Made by a program: the position numbers and the translations under genes. A stretch of DNA of 64,000 nucleotides from Nitrospirota bacterium (GTDB lineage: Bacteria > Nitrospirota > Thermodesulfovibrionia > Thermodesulfovibrionales > Dissulfurispiraceae): assembly GCA_963790025.1 (NCBI GenBank), contig CAWBMP010000005.1, forward strand, positions 320,001 through 384,000, written 5' to 3'. The notes under the pieces are model-generated. The model was not told where the DNA came from. It saw nothing but the letters and a program-made list of their open reading frames with translations, and did no database searches. Numbering within the stretch: position 1 is the stretch's first letter; every line of letters begins with the position of its first letter. This document shows, piece by piece, positions 56,348-64,000 of this stretch.

Positions 56348-57187
56348 ATGCATATAAGCGGAAAAACCAAAATAATGGCCCTTTTCGGCTATCCCGTGGA
56401 ACATAGCTTCTCACCTGCCATGCATAATGCTGCTTTTGATCATCTCGGCATGGATTATTGTTACGTAACGTTTTCGGTAAAGCCCGATCTCCTGCGGGAA
56501 GCGGTAGAGGCAATTCGCGCGCTGGACCTTAGAGGAGTCAATATAACTGTTCCCCACAAAGAGAAGGTGATCCCATTTCTTGATTCGGTGCGTGAAGAGG
56601 CTTCATTTATTGGCGCGGTCAATACAATCAGAAACGACGGCGGCATGCTGACTGGCTATAACACCGACGGCAGGGGGTTCATGCAGTCATTATCAGAGGC
56701 AGGCATCGATGTTTCGGGCAAGAAAATTATTATTGTGGGTGCGGGAGGCGCAGCACGCGCAATTGGTTATTATCTTTGCAAAGTCGCCTCTGAGGTATGT
56801 CTTTATGACGCTGTTACTGAAAAAGCGGAAGAGCTGGCGCACCATCTCAACACTCTGAATGGCAATGCCTCCGCAATTGACGGCGCAACGTTCAAAGAAG
56901 GCCGGATTCTTTCGGGGATGGACATTATTATCAATGCCACAGCTCTCGGGCTTAATCCTGATGATCCTGTTCCCGTCGACCTCTCGCTGCTCAATAAGGG
57001 CCATACAGTGTGCGATCTCATTTACAAAGAGACCCCGCTGCTCCGTCAGGCATCGGCAAGTGGATGCAAAACAGTTAACGGCCTCGGTATGTTGCTGTGG
57101 CAGGGGATTTTTGCTTTCGAACTCTGGACAGGAAAGATGCCTCCTGTTGAGGTAATGCGATCCGCGTTAAACATAGCTAAGAGCTGA
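56348..57187 (+). CDS. aroE: shikimate dehydrogenase
   Basis: HSFSPAMHN, NITVPHKE, GAVNT, NTDG, GAGGAARA. Confidence 0.95.
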   Translation: MHISGKTKIMALFGYPVEHSFSPAMHNAAFDHLGMDYCYVTFSVKPDLLREAVEAIRALDLRGVNITVPHKEKVIPFLDSVREEASFIGAVNTIRNDGGMLTGYNTDGRGFMQSLSEAGIDVSGKKIIIVGAGGAARAIGYYLCKVASEVCLYDAVTEKAEELAHHLNTLNGNASAIDGATFKEGRILSGMDIIINATALGLNPDDPVPVDLSLLNKGHTVCDLIYKETPLLRQASASGCKTVNGLGMLLWQGIFAFELWTGKMPPVEVMRSALNIAKS

Positions 57188-57255
57188 TTGCTAAGTGTGA
57201 CTAGCGAAGGAATATCTTTTTTTGGCTCTTGGCTCTCGACTTTTGGCTCTTAGCT
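57175..57255. repeat. inverted heptamer tandem repeats (AGCYAAR)
   Basis: AGCTAAG AGCTGAT TGCTAAG (57175-57195) ... TTTGGCT CTTGGCT CTCGACT TTTGGCT CTTAGCT (57221-57255). Confidence 0.7.
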
Positions 57256-57297
57256 AATTTGTGCGCAGACCCTAAGGTGTGTTAAAATTTTACGTGT

Positions 57298-57810
57298 ATG
57301 AAAAAGATGCTATTTCTGGTTGTTTTTATATGTTTTTCAATAGTCATCATATTGTTTTCAAACAGAGAAGGAAGCTTTAATACTAAAGTGAATTTGTCTG
57401 AAAACTCTTTTATGGATGATGTCCATATTATCCAGAGGAAGGAAGGCGTAGTTAAATGGACCCTGGGTTCGAAAAAGGCGATTTTTCTTAACGAAAACGA
57501 TGTAAAGCTGAATGGGCTGAAGATAACTTTTCCGGAAAAGGGGCTTACCCTGAACTCTGAGGGGGGCATGTACGATATCGAAAAAAGAAATCTGAAAATT
57601 GAAGGTCGTATCAAGGCGTCAACCAAGGATTATGATATACTGACCGACAAACTTTTTTGGGATGCTTCGAAGAATGAACTCTCTACTGACCAAAGGGTGC
57701 GGATAATAGGCAAGAGGTTTTATGTGGAAGGTGACGACCTGGTTTCAACTAATGACGTGGCAAAACTAAATAAAAATGTGAAGGCGATATTTTATTATGA
57801 AAGAAAATAG
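57298..57810 (+). CDS. lptC: LPS export protein LptC
   Basis: N-terminal TM plus beta-jellyroll-like repeats; position before lptA and lptB. Confidence 0.8.
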   Translation: MKKMLFLVVFICFSIVIILFSNREGSFNTKVNLSENSFMDDVHIIQRKEGVVKWTLGSKKAIFLNENDVKLNGLKITFPEKGLTLNSEGGMYDIEKRNLKIEGRIKASTKDYDILTDKLFWDASKNELSTDQRVRIIGKRFYVEGDDLVSTNDVAKLNKNVKAIFYYERK

Positions 57811-58312
57811 CAGGATGGCAGGAGTTGTGGTGGTCTTTTTCTTTGTGGCAGCTTTGTGCACAACATTGGTTTTTGCCGAAGAAAAGAAGAATGTTGAAGA
57901 AAAAAAGAACATTAGGGAGCCGATAGTTGTCACGTCGCAGACAATGACGACGGACCAAAAGGCGAAAACCGCTCTCTTTGAAGGAAATGTGGTGGCGAAA
58001 AAAGGTGATCGGACGATGTATGCGGACAAGATGCTTGTTTACTATTCTGAAGAAAAAGGCAGCAGTAACGTTAAGAAGATCGAAGCCGAGGGCAATGTCA
58101 AATTGATAAGGGGTGACAGAATCATTACTTCAAAGTTTGCGACCTACTTTTCCGAGCCTGAGGAGTATTCCGTATTTACCGGTGAGCCCCGGGCATCGCA
58201 AGGCGAAAATGTTGTAATAGGGACCAAAATTACGTATTTTATGAAAGATGATCACTCGATCGTTGAAAACAGCAAGGTCTTTATTGTTAATAAGGACAGA
58301 CAAAAACAATAG
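57797..58312 (+). CDS. lptA: LPS transport periplasmic protein LptA
   Basis: Signal peptide; ALFEGNV, IEAEGNV, FTGEP. Confidence 0.88.
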   Translation: MKENSRMAGVVVVFFFVAALCTTLVFAEEKKNVEEKKNIREPIVVTSQTMTTDQKAKTALFEGNVVAKKGDRTMYADKMLVYYSEEKGSSNVKKIEAEGNVKLIRGDRIITSKFATYFSEPEEYSVFTGEPRASQGENVVIGTKITYFMKDDHSIVENSKVFIVNKDRQKQ

Positions 58313-58415
58313 GCGATAGGCTATGGGAAAAGAAAATATAAACAAAGTCAACATAAACCAGGGCAATCGGCGATGCCTGATTTTTCCTGCAGCCTGTAGC
58401 CTATAGCATATTGCC
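58305..58415. repeat. inverted heptamer tandem repeats (GGCWATA)
   Basis: AACAATA GGCGATA GGCTATG (58305-58325) ... TGCAGCC TGTAGCC TATAGCA TATTGCC (58388-58415). Confidence 0.68.
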
Positions 58416-58422
58416 TGATTTT

Positions 58423-59160
58423 ATGCATATTCTTGAAATAAGGGACCTTGCAAAGGCGTACGGGAAGAGATACGTTGTTAAAGATATTAATATCTCAGTC
58501 AGTACGGGTGAAATTGTTGGGCTTCTGGGCCCCAACGGCGCCGGCAAGACTACAACTTTTTATATGGTTGTTGGTATGATACACCCGGAGCAGGGCAGTA
58601 TCATGCTTGACGGCGAAGATATACAGGGATTGCCGATGTATAAGAGAGCAAAAAAGGGAATGGGTTACCTGCCGCAGGAGCCTTCAATATTCAGAAAGCT
58701 GAGTGTGCGAGATAATTTGAGGGCTGTTCTGGAAATCAAGGGCTTGGGCTTAAATGGCTGGTCAAAGGCATCGATGGACGAGGAAGTCGAAACTCTGCTT
58801 GGGGAGTTTAACCTGAAAGAATTTGCCGACAGGGACGGTTATCGATTGTCCGGCGGAGAGCGCCGCCGTGCCGAAATTGCAAGGGCCATAGCATTGCGTC
58901 CCACATTCATGCTTTTTGATGAGCCCTTTGCAGGTATCGACCCTATAGCAATAATTGAATTGAAGAAGATGCTCAACTATTTGAAATCAAAGCAGCTTGG
59001 GATATTGATCACAGACCACAACGTGAGAGAAACTCTGTCTATAACCGACAGGGCATATATAATAAACAACGGGTCGATTCTGGCGGAAGGGATGCCGGAT
59101 GACCTTATTAATAACCCGGCTGTCAAGGAAGCGTATCTCGGGGAGGAATTCAGACTCTAA
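58423..59160 (+). CDS. lptB: LPS export ABC ATPase LptB
   Basis: GPNGAGKTT, YLPQEPSIFR, LSGGERRR, DEPFAGIDP, TDHNVRET. Confidence 0.96.
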   Translation: MHILEIRDLAKAYGKRYVVKDINISVSTGEIVGLLGPNGAGKTTTFYMVVGMIHPEQGSIMLDGEDIQGLPMYKRAKKGMGYLPQEPSIFRKLSVRDNLRAVLEIKGLGLNGWSKASMDEEVETLLGEFNLKEFADRDGYRLSGGERRRAEIARAIALRPTFMLFDEPFAGIDPIAIIELKKMLNYLKSKQLGILITDHNVRETLSITDRAYIINNGSILAEGMPDDLINNPAVKEAYLGEEFRL

Positions 59161-60605
59161 TGGCCCTGGAAAACAGACTGGATTTGAGGCTTTCGCAGAA
59201 GCTTATCCTTACTCCCCAACTGCAACAGGCTATAAAACTCCTCCAGATGCCGCAGCTTGAGCTGACCCAGGTATTGAACCAGGAGCTGGTCGATAATCCT
59301 TTTCTTGAGGAGTCATTTGAAGAGCCGGATGCAGAACAGTATCCTGAAGAAGGGCCGCCGGTTGCAACTCCTGATGTCGGCCCTGATACGGAGATCTCTT
59401 TTGAGAACATTACCAACTTTACTGTAGACGATTATTTTGATGAGCGGAGCAGTGACGGAAGGGACCTGGGCTATTTCTCTCCCGGCATCGATGAGCAGCC
59501 CTCGTATGAACTTTTTTATTCTAAAAAACCCGACCTTTACGACCACTTGCTGTGGCAGCTCAGGCTGAGCAATGCAGATGACAACATCAGAAAGGTGGCT
59601 GAGGCGGTAATAGGCAACATCGATGAAGACGGCTACCTCAGGGCTTCAGAGGAAGAGCTGGCTTCAACACTGGATACGGACAGCGATACGGTTGATACAG
59701 TCAGGGCCGCTATTCTACTGGTACACAGCTTTGATCCGCCAGGCGTCGGTGCAAGAGACCTCAAAGAGTGCCTGCTGTTGCAGCTTAATGCCCTTAATCT
59801 TGGAGAGACGCTCGTTGGAACGATTGTAGGCAACAACATGCAAGATCTGGAACGGAAAAAATACGGCAATCTGGCAAAGCTGTATAACGTGACGCTGGAT
59901 GACGTCATGGCTGCCGTAAAAATAATCGAGGGTCTCGAACCCCGGCCCGGCAGGAGTTATTCGAGTACTGAGACCAACTACGTTGTGCCGGATGTTTATA
60001 TCAGCAAAACGGATGACGGCTATCAGATAGTTCTGAATGATGAGGGAATGCCGAGATTGAGCCTCAATAACGGCTATCGCAAGCTTCTTTTGAGAAAAGA
60101 TATGCTTACAAGGGAAGAACGGGAATTTCTGAAAGAGAAGCTCAAAAGGGCCACAGAGTTGATAAAGAGCCTTGACCAGAGGAATAAGACCATTTACAAA
60201 GTTTCAGCAAGCATCCTGAAGTTCCAGATTGATTTTTTTGACAGGGGGATACAGTTTTTAAAACCGTTGAACCTTAAAGACGTTGCTAACGACATAGGTA
60301 TGCATGAAAGCACTATCAGCAGAGTCACCTCCAATAAATTCCTCGCCTGCGATCACGGGGTATATAGTTTCAGGTTCTTTTTCAGCAGTGCGATACAGTC
60401 GGGGGCCGGCGACGTTTCTTCCACTCTTGTAAAAGATTTGATCCGGAAGGTCATCATCGAGGAGAACGCGGGGCGGCCTTTTAGTGATCAAATGATAGTC
60501 GATAAACTGAAAGAACAGAATATAAGCATCGCACGCAGAACTGTCGCAAAATACAGGGAGGAGCTGAAGATCCCCCCGCAGAACCATAGAAAAAGGGTTG
60601 AATAA
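59160..60605 (+). CDS. rpoN: RNA polymerase sigma-54 factor
   Basis: LTPQLQQAIKLLQ, HESTISR, ARRTVAKYRE (RpoN box). Confidence 0.97.
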   Translation: MALENRLDLRLSQKLILTPQLQQAIKLLQMPQLELTQVLNQELVDNPFLEESFEEPDAEQYPEEGPPVATPDVGPDTEISFENITNFTVDDYFDERSSDGRDLGYFSPGIDEQPSYELFYSKKPDLYDHLLWQLRLSNADDNIRKVAEAVIGNIDEDGYLRASEEELASTLDTDSDTVDTVRAAILLVHSFDPPGVGARDLKECLLLQLNALNLGETLVGTIVGNNMQDLERKKYGNLAKLYNVTLDDVMAAVKIIEGLEPRPGRSYSSTETNYVVPDVYISKTDDGYQIVLNDEGMPRLSLNNGYRKLLLRKDMLTREEREFLKEKLKRATELIKSLDQRNKTIYKVSASILKFQIDFFDRGIQFLKPLNLKDVANDIGMHESTISRVTSNKFLACDHGVYSFRFFFSSAIQSGAGDVSSTLVKDLIRKVIIEENAGRPFSDQMIVDKLKEQNISIARRTVAKYREELKIPPQNHRKRVE

Positions 60606-60625
60606 CAATTAAAGGAGGAAGAACC

Positions 60626-61144
60626 ATGAATGTCATCATAAATGGCCGTCATCTTGAGGTAACACCTGCATTAAGAAGTTATGCAGAGGAGAAAATCGGG
60701 AGGTTCGATAAGTATCTGTCTAATATTACCGAGGCGGTAGTGACCCTTAGTGTGGACAAGTTCAGACATAAGGCGGAAGTGCTTTTGAAAGTCAACGGTG
60801 TAAAAATCCAGGCTGAGGGAAAGACGGAAGAGGTATACTCTGCTATCGATCAGGTAGTGGATAAGCTCGAAAAGCAGGTCATCAAGTATAAAGAAAAGCA
60901 GCATGATTACCGCAAAGGTGAAAAGAGGACAGTGGAGACGCACGCGGCCGGAAGAGTGGAGCCGGAAACAATAATAAAACGCAAGCAGTTTACAATGAAG
61001 CCGATGAGTTCCGAAGAAGCGGTCAACCAGATGGAACTTCTCGATAAGGACTTTTTTATTTTTACGAACGAAAGAAGCGGTGACATCAATGTCGTTTATC
61101 GCCGTAACGACGGTAATTATGGATTGATAGAACCAGCAAAATAG
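60626..61144 (+). CDS. hpf: ribosome hibernation promoting factor (long HPF)
   Basis: GRHLEVTPAL, YSAID...KLE.Q, KPMS.EEA..QMEL, VVYRR.DG.YGLI. Confidence 0.93.
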   Translation: MNVIINGRHLEVTPALRSYAEEKIGRFDKYLSNITEAVVTLSVDKFRHKAEVLLKVNGVKIQAEGKTEEVYSAIDQVVDKLEKQVIKYKEKQHDYRKGEKRTVETHAAGRVEPETIIKRKQFTMKPMSSEEAVNQMELLDKDFFIFTNERSGDINVVYRRNDGNYGLIEPAK

Positions 61145-62020
61145 ATGGAGACCTCCCCTATCGAGGTCATCATTGTAAGCGGGCTTTCGGGGGCCGGCAA
61201 AACCGTTGCCCTGAGGGCACTCGAGGATGCAGGCTATTTCTGCACCGACAATCTTCCCCTGTCACTCATAGAGCCTTTTCTGTCCAAAATCAGGATGGGA
61301 GAAAACATCACCAAGATCGGCATAGGCGTTGATATCAGGGAATACTTATTCCTTTCCGATTCATATAGTGACCTTGCAGCGCTGAAAAGCCGGTACAATA
61401 TCAGCATATTGTTTCTCGACGCGGAAGATGAAGTCATGGTCCGCCGCTTCAAAGAAACCAGGCGGCCACATCCGATGGTACCCATCAGCGGCGAGATGAA
61501 TCTCGAAAAGGCCATAGAAAAGGAACGCAAGCTCCTTTCAGTCATCAGGGACGCGGCTGATACAGTGCTGGACACATCCAACTTAACGCCGCATCAGTTG
61601 CGGGGACTGATCAGTTCGAGATATGGGGCCGGAGAATCCGCAGCAGGACTTAAAGTCACCATGATCTCTTTCGGTTTTAAGCTCGGGGAGCCGAAGAATC
61701 TGGACCTCCTCTTCGATGTGAGATTTCTTCCTAATCCCTATTTTATTGTCGATCTCAAGCCACTTAAAGGCACTGACGCTGCCGTCGCCAATTTTGTTCT
61801 GAAGCAGGATGAGACCCGGGAATTTATCGCACGTGTGAGCGCATTATTTGATTTCCTTTTGCCTTCCTATATTAAAGAGGGGAAGTCTTATCTGATTATA
61901 GGAATAGGCTGCACTGGCGGCAGGCACCGCTCTCCTGCCATTGTTGAAGAGCTGGCAAAGTTAATTAAGTCAAAGCATGACATTGCAGTGGATATAGTGC
62001 ATCGGGACATCGACTCCTGA
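61145..62020 (+). CDS. rapZ: RNase adapter RapZ
   Basis: GLSGAGKT, DNLP, ETRRPHP, DVRFLPNP, GCTGGRHRS. Confidence 0.95.
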   Translation: METSPIEVIIVSGLSGAGKTVALRALEDAGYFCTDNLPLSLIEPFLSKIRMGENITKIGIGVDIREYLFLSDSYSDLAALKSRYNISILFLDAEDEVMVRRFKETRRPHPMVPISGEMNLEKAIEKERKLLSVIRDAADTVLDTSNLTPHQLRGLISSRYGAGESAAGLKVTMISFGFKLGEPKNLDLLFDVRFLPNPYFIVDLKPLKGTDAAVANFVLKQDETREFIARVSALFDFLLPSYIKEGKSYLIIGIGCTGGRHRSPAIVEELAKLIKSKHDIAVDIVHRDIDS

Positions 62021-63138
62021 TGATTTACCTGGACCACAATGCCACCACGCCTCTTGATGCAGAAGTAATAAAAACTATAATAGAAACGTTTCCTTACTAT
62101 GGCAATCCTTCAAGCAGCCACGACATGGGGATTACTGCAAAAGCTTTAATAGAGAACGCCAGGCAGCAGGTCGCGGGTTTAATTGGGGCAGGCCCCTCAG
62201 AAATTATTTTTACCTCGGGAGGGACGGAATCCAATAACCTGGCTATTATCGGGACGGCCTTCCGTTATGGTGAAGGGCACATAATAACCTCGGTTATCGA
62301 GCACCCGTCAGTGCTTAATCCCGTCAAGTGGCTTGAGGGAAAGGGCTTTGCAGCTACATATGTTCCGGTCGACGCTGAAGGACGGGTTGCCCCGGAAGAC
62401 ATAAGGGCCGCACTGAGGAAAGATACTATATTGATTACGGTCATGCACTCCAACAATGAGACCGGCGTTCTACAGCCGGTTGAGGAGATCGGACGTATTG
62501 CACGATCTGCCGGGATACTCTTCCATTCTGACGCGGCCCAGAGCGTCGGCAAGGTGGAAGTGGACGTGTCCAGGTTGATGGTTGACATGCTTACCATTGT
62601 TTCCCACAAATTTTACGGACCAAAGGGGACCGGCGCCCTTTATTTGAAAAATGGCGTTGCGCTCACGCCTGTTATGTTCGGCGCCTCTCATGAACGGGGC
62701 CTAAGGCCGGGCACCGAAAACACTCCTCTCATTGCCGGTCTTGGCAAGGCATGCGAAGCGGCGAAGATGGGGTTGACGGAACGTTATGCGCATACGCTGA
62801 CGCTCAGGGACACCATGCATGCCTTGCTCTCCGCGGGGCTGGAAGTCAGGCTGAATGGGCACCGTGAATTGAGGCTGCCCAACACATTAAATATTGTATT
62901 AAAGGGTGTCATAGCTGAAGATATAATAGCGCGACTGCATGATACGATTGCCCTCTCGACGGGCTCGGCTTGTCATGCCGGCATGCGTACGCCGTCACCG
63001 GTTTTAAAGGCAATGGGAGTTTGGGATTCCGACGCGCTGGCATCCGTACGCATAAGTGTCGGAAAGGACAATACCGCAGCGGAAATTGAACAGGCTGCTC
63101 AAATACTGATTGGATGTATCAAAAAGGACCGTTCTTAA
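62020..63138 (+). CDS. cysteine desulfurase (IscS/NifS type)
   Basis: YLDHNATT, FTSGGTESNN, SHKFYGPKG, STGSAC. Confidence 0.93.
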   Translation: MIYLDHNATTPLDAEVIKTIIETFPYYGNPSSSHDMGITAKALIENARQQVAGLIGAGPSEIIFTSGGTESNNLAIIGTAFRYGEGHIITSVIEHPSVLNPVKWLEGKGFAATYVPVDAEGRVAPEDIRAALRKDTILITVMHSNNETGVLQPVEEIGRIARSAGILFHSDAAQSVGKVEVDVSRLMVDMLTIVSHKFYGPKGTGALYLKNGVALTPVMFGASHERGLRPGTENTPLIAGLGKACEAAKMGLTERYAHTLTLRDTMHALLSAGLEVRLNGHRELRLPNTLNIVLKGVIAEDIIARLHDTIALSTGSACHAGMRTPSPVLKAMGVWDSDALASVRISVGKDNTAAEIEQAAQILIGCIKKDRS

Positions 63139-63355
63139 TAATAAGTGGTTGTTTGTTAGATATATTTATTTGTCTACTATGAGTTATTTTCCGAGTGATA
63201 TTATTCAGTTCTGTCCTCTAATTTTATAGTTATATTTTGATTATATAATTATAAAAAATTATAATTGATAATTCATGACAAAATCTTGACAAAGATGTAC
63301 GCTTCTGTGGTATCGTTCTTATCAACGTCCTAAAAACCATTAAGAAGGTGACCAT

Positions 63356-63778
63356 ATGTTAGACTTTCACGCAATGTGGTTTTGTGTCCTCCTTGTCAAT
63401 TTCCTTGTTCTTCTCTTTATCCTGAATAAACTCCTTTTTCAACCTCTTGCAAGCATTTTTAAGGAGCGGGAAAAAGCAACCATCGGCGCTCTCGATGAGG
63501 CCAAAACCATGACCGAAAAGAAAGATCAGGCCGTAGCAAAAATGAACGTCGAATTGCTCGCGGCGAGAAACGCGGCAAAAGCTGCGTATGATGCTTTGAA
63601 AGAGGAGGGGCAGGCTGCGCAGAAAGAGACATTGTCAAAGGCCGAAGCACAGGCCGTGGCATTGATTGAGCAGGCGAAGAAGGAATTGCAGGCTGAAGCT
63701 GAAAAGGCGAGGGCCGCCTTAAAAGCAGATATCGAAAAATTCTCCGAGGAAATTGTAACAAAACTGGTGAAAGCATGA
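63356..63778 (+). CDS. ATP synthase F0 subunit b'
   Basis: N-terminal TM (VNFLVLLFILNKLLFQP) plus Ala/Glu/Lys coiled coil; followed by a second b subunit. Confidence 0.88.
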   Translation: MLDFHAMWFCVLLVNFLVLLFILNKLLFQPLASIFKEREKATIGALDEAKTMTEKKDQAVAKMNVELLAARNAAKAAYDALKEEGQAAQKETLSKAEAQAVALIEQAKKELQAEAEKARAALKADIEKFSEEIVTKLVKA

Positions 63779-64000
63779 AAAAAATAACACAAACGGAATT
63801 TAAGTCTCATATGTTTCGTTTTTTGAGTTTTATCCTGGCTTGCGGCTTCTGGCTTCTGGCTTCCTCTGCTTATGTTTTTGCTGCTGAAGGAGGAGAGCAT
63901 GCCGGCTCCCCTCTGGAATGGGTCTGGCGTTTTCTTAATTTCGGCATCCTCGTATTTGTGCTTGTAAAATATGGCGGTAAACCCATGAAGGACTATTTCC
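63775..64000 (+). CDS. atpF: ATP synthase F0 subunit b, truncated by the window end
   Basis: Not in the ORF track. Hand translation: MKKITQTEFKSHMFRFLSFILACGFWLLASSAYVFAAEGGEHAGSPLEWVWRFLNFGILVFVLVKYGGKPMKDYF; ATGA overlap with the b' stop. Confidence 0.85.
   Translation, partial: MKKITQTEFKSHMFRFLSFILACGFWLLASSAYVFAAEGGEHAGSPLEWVWRFLNFGILVFVLVKYGGKPMKDYF

Overview
64 kb of a bacterial chromosome. Gene order and content (short EF-Ts, MqnD menaquinone route, two ATP synthase b subunits, lpt-rpoN-hpf-rapZ) suggest an anaerobic diderm, plausibly Nitrospirota/Thermodesulfovibrionia; this is inference only. The right half (31.5-64 kb) is mostly housekeeping: rpsB-tsf-pyrH-frr, truA, xerD, Lon-like protease, mlaEFD, def-fmt-rsmB-rpe, aroE-lptCAB-rpoN-hpf-rapZ and the start of the atp operon. 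The left half is accessory. Main observations: (1) an ORF missing from the supplied track (minus strand, 2230 to beyond base 1) that I translated by hand; it is a co-linear homolog of plant alpha-glucan,water dikinase (CBM45-like domain, EEWHQKLHNN motif, phospho-His motif DVLSHxxVRARN) and lies 4 nt downstream of a B12 radical SAM gene; (2) an IS1202-type element inserted in a sigma70 promoter spacer, whose end regenerates the host -35 box; (3) a Tat-exported molybdoenzyme operon without a membrane anchor; (4) an 8-gene cluster with a putative sigma54 promoter and adjacent two-component system (HAD phosphatase, class III aminotransferase, two SMR-type proteins, ACP, FabF, Cys-nucleophile hydrolase, GNAT) that looks like an uncharacterised aminolipid pathway; (5) two FGE/CLec-domain genes whose 3' ends show the codon signature of DGR variable regions, with no reverse transcriptase in the window; (6) recurring inverted heptamer-repeat elements overlapping stop codons. 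I saw no rRNA, tRNA or CRISPR array. All family assignments come from motif recognition by eye, not database searches.
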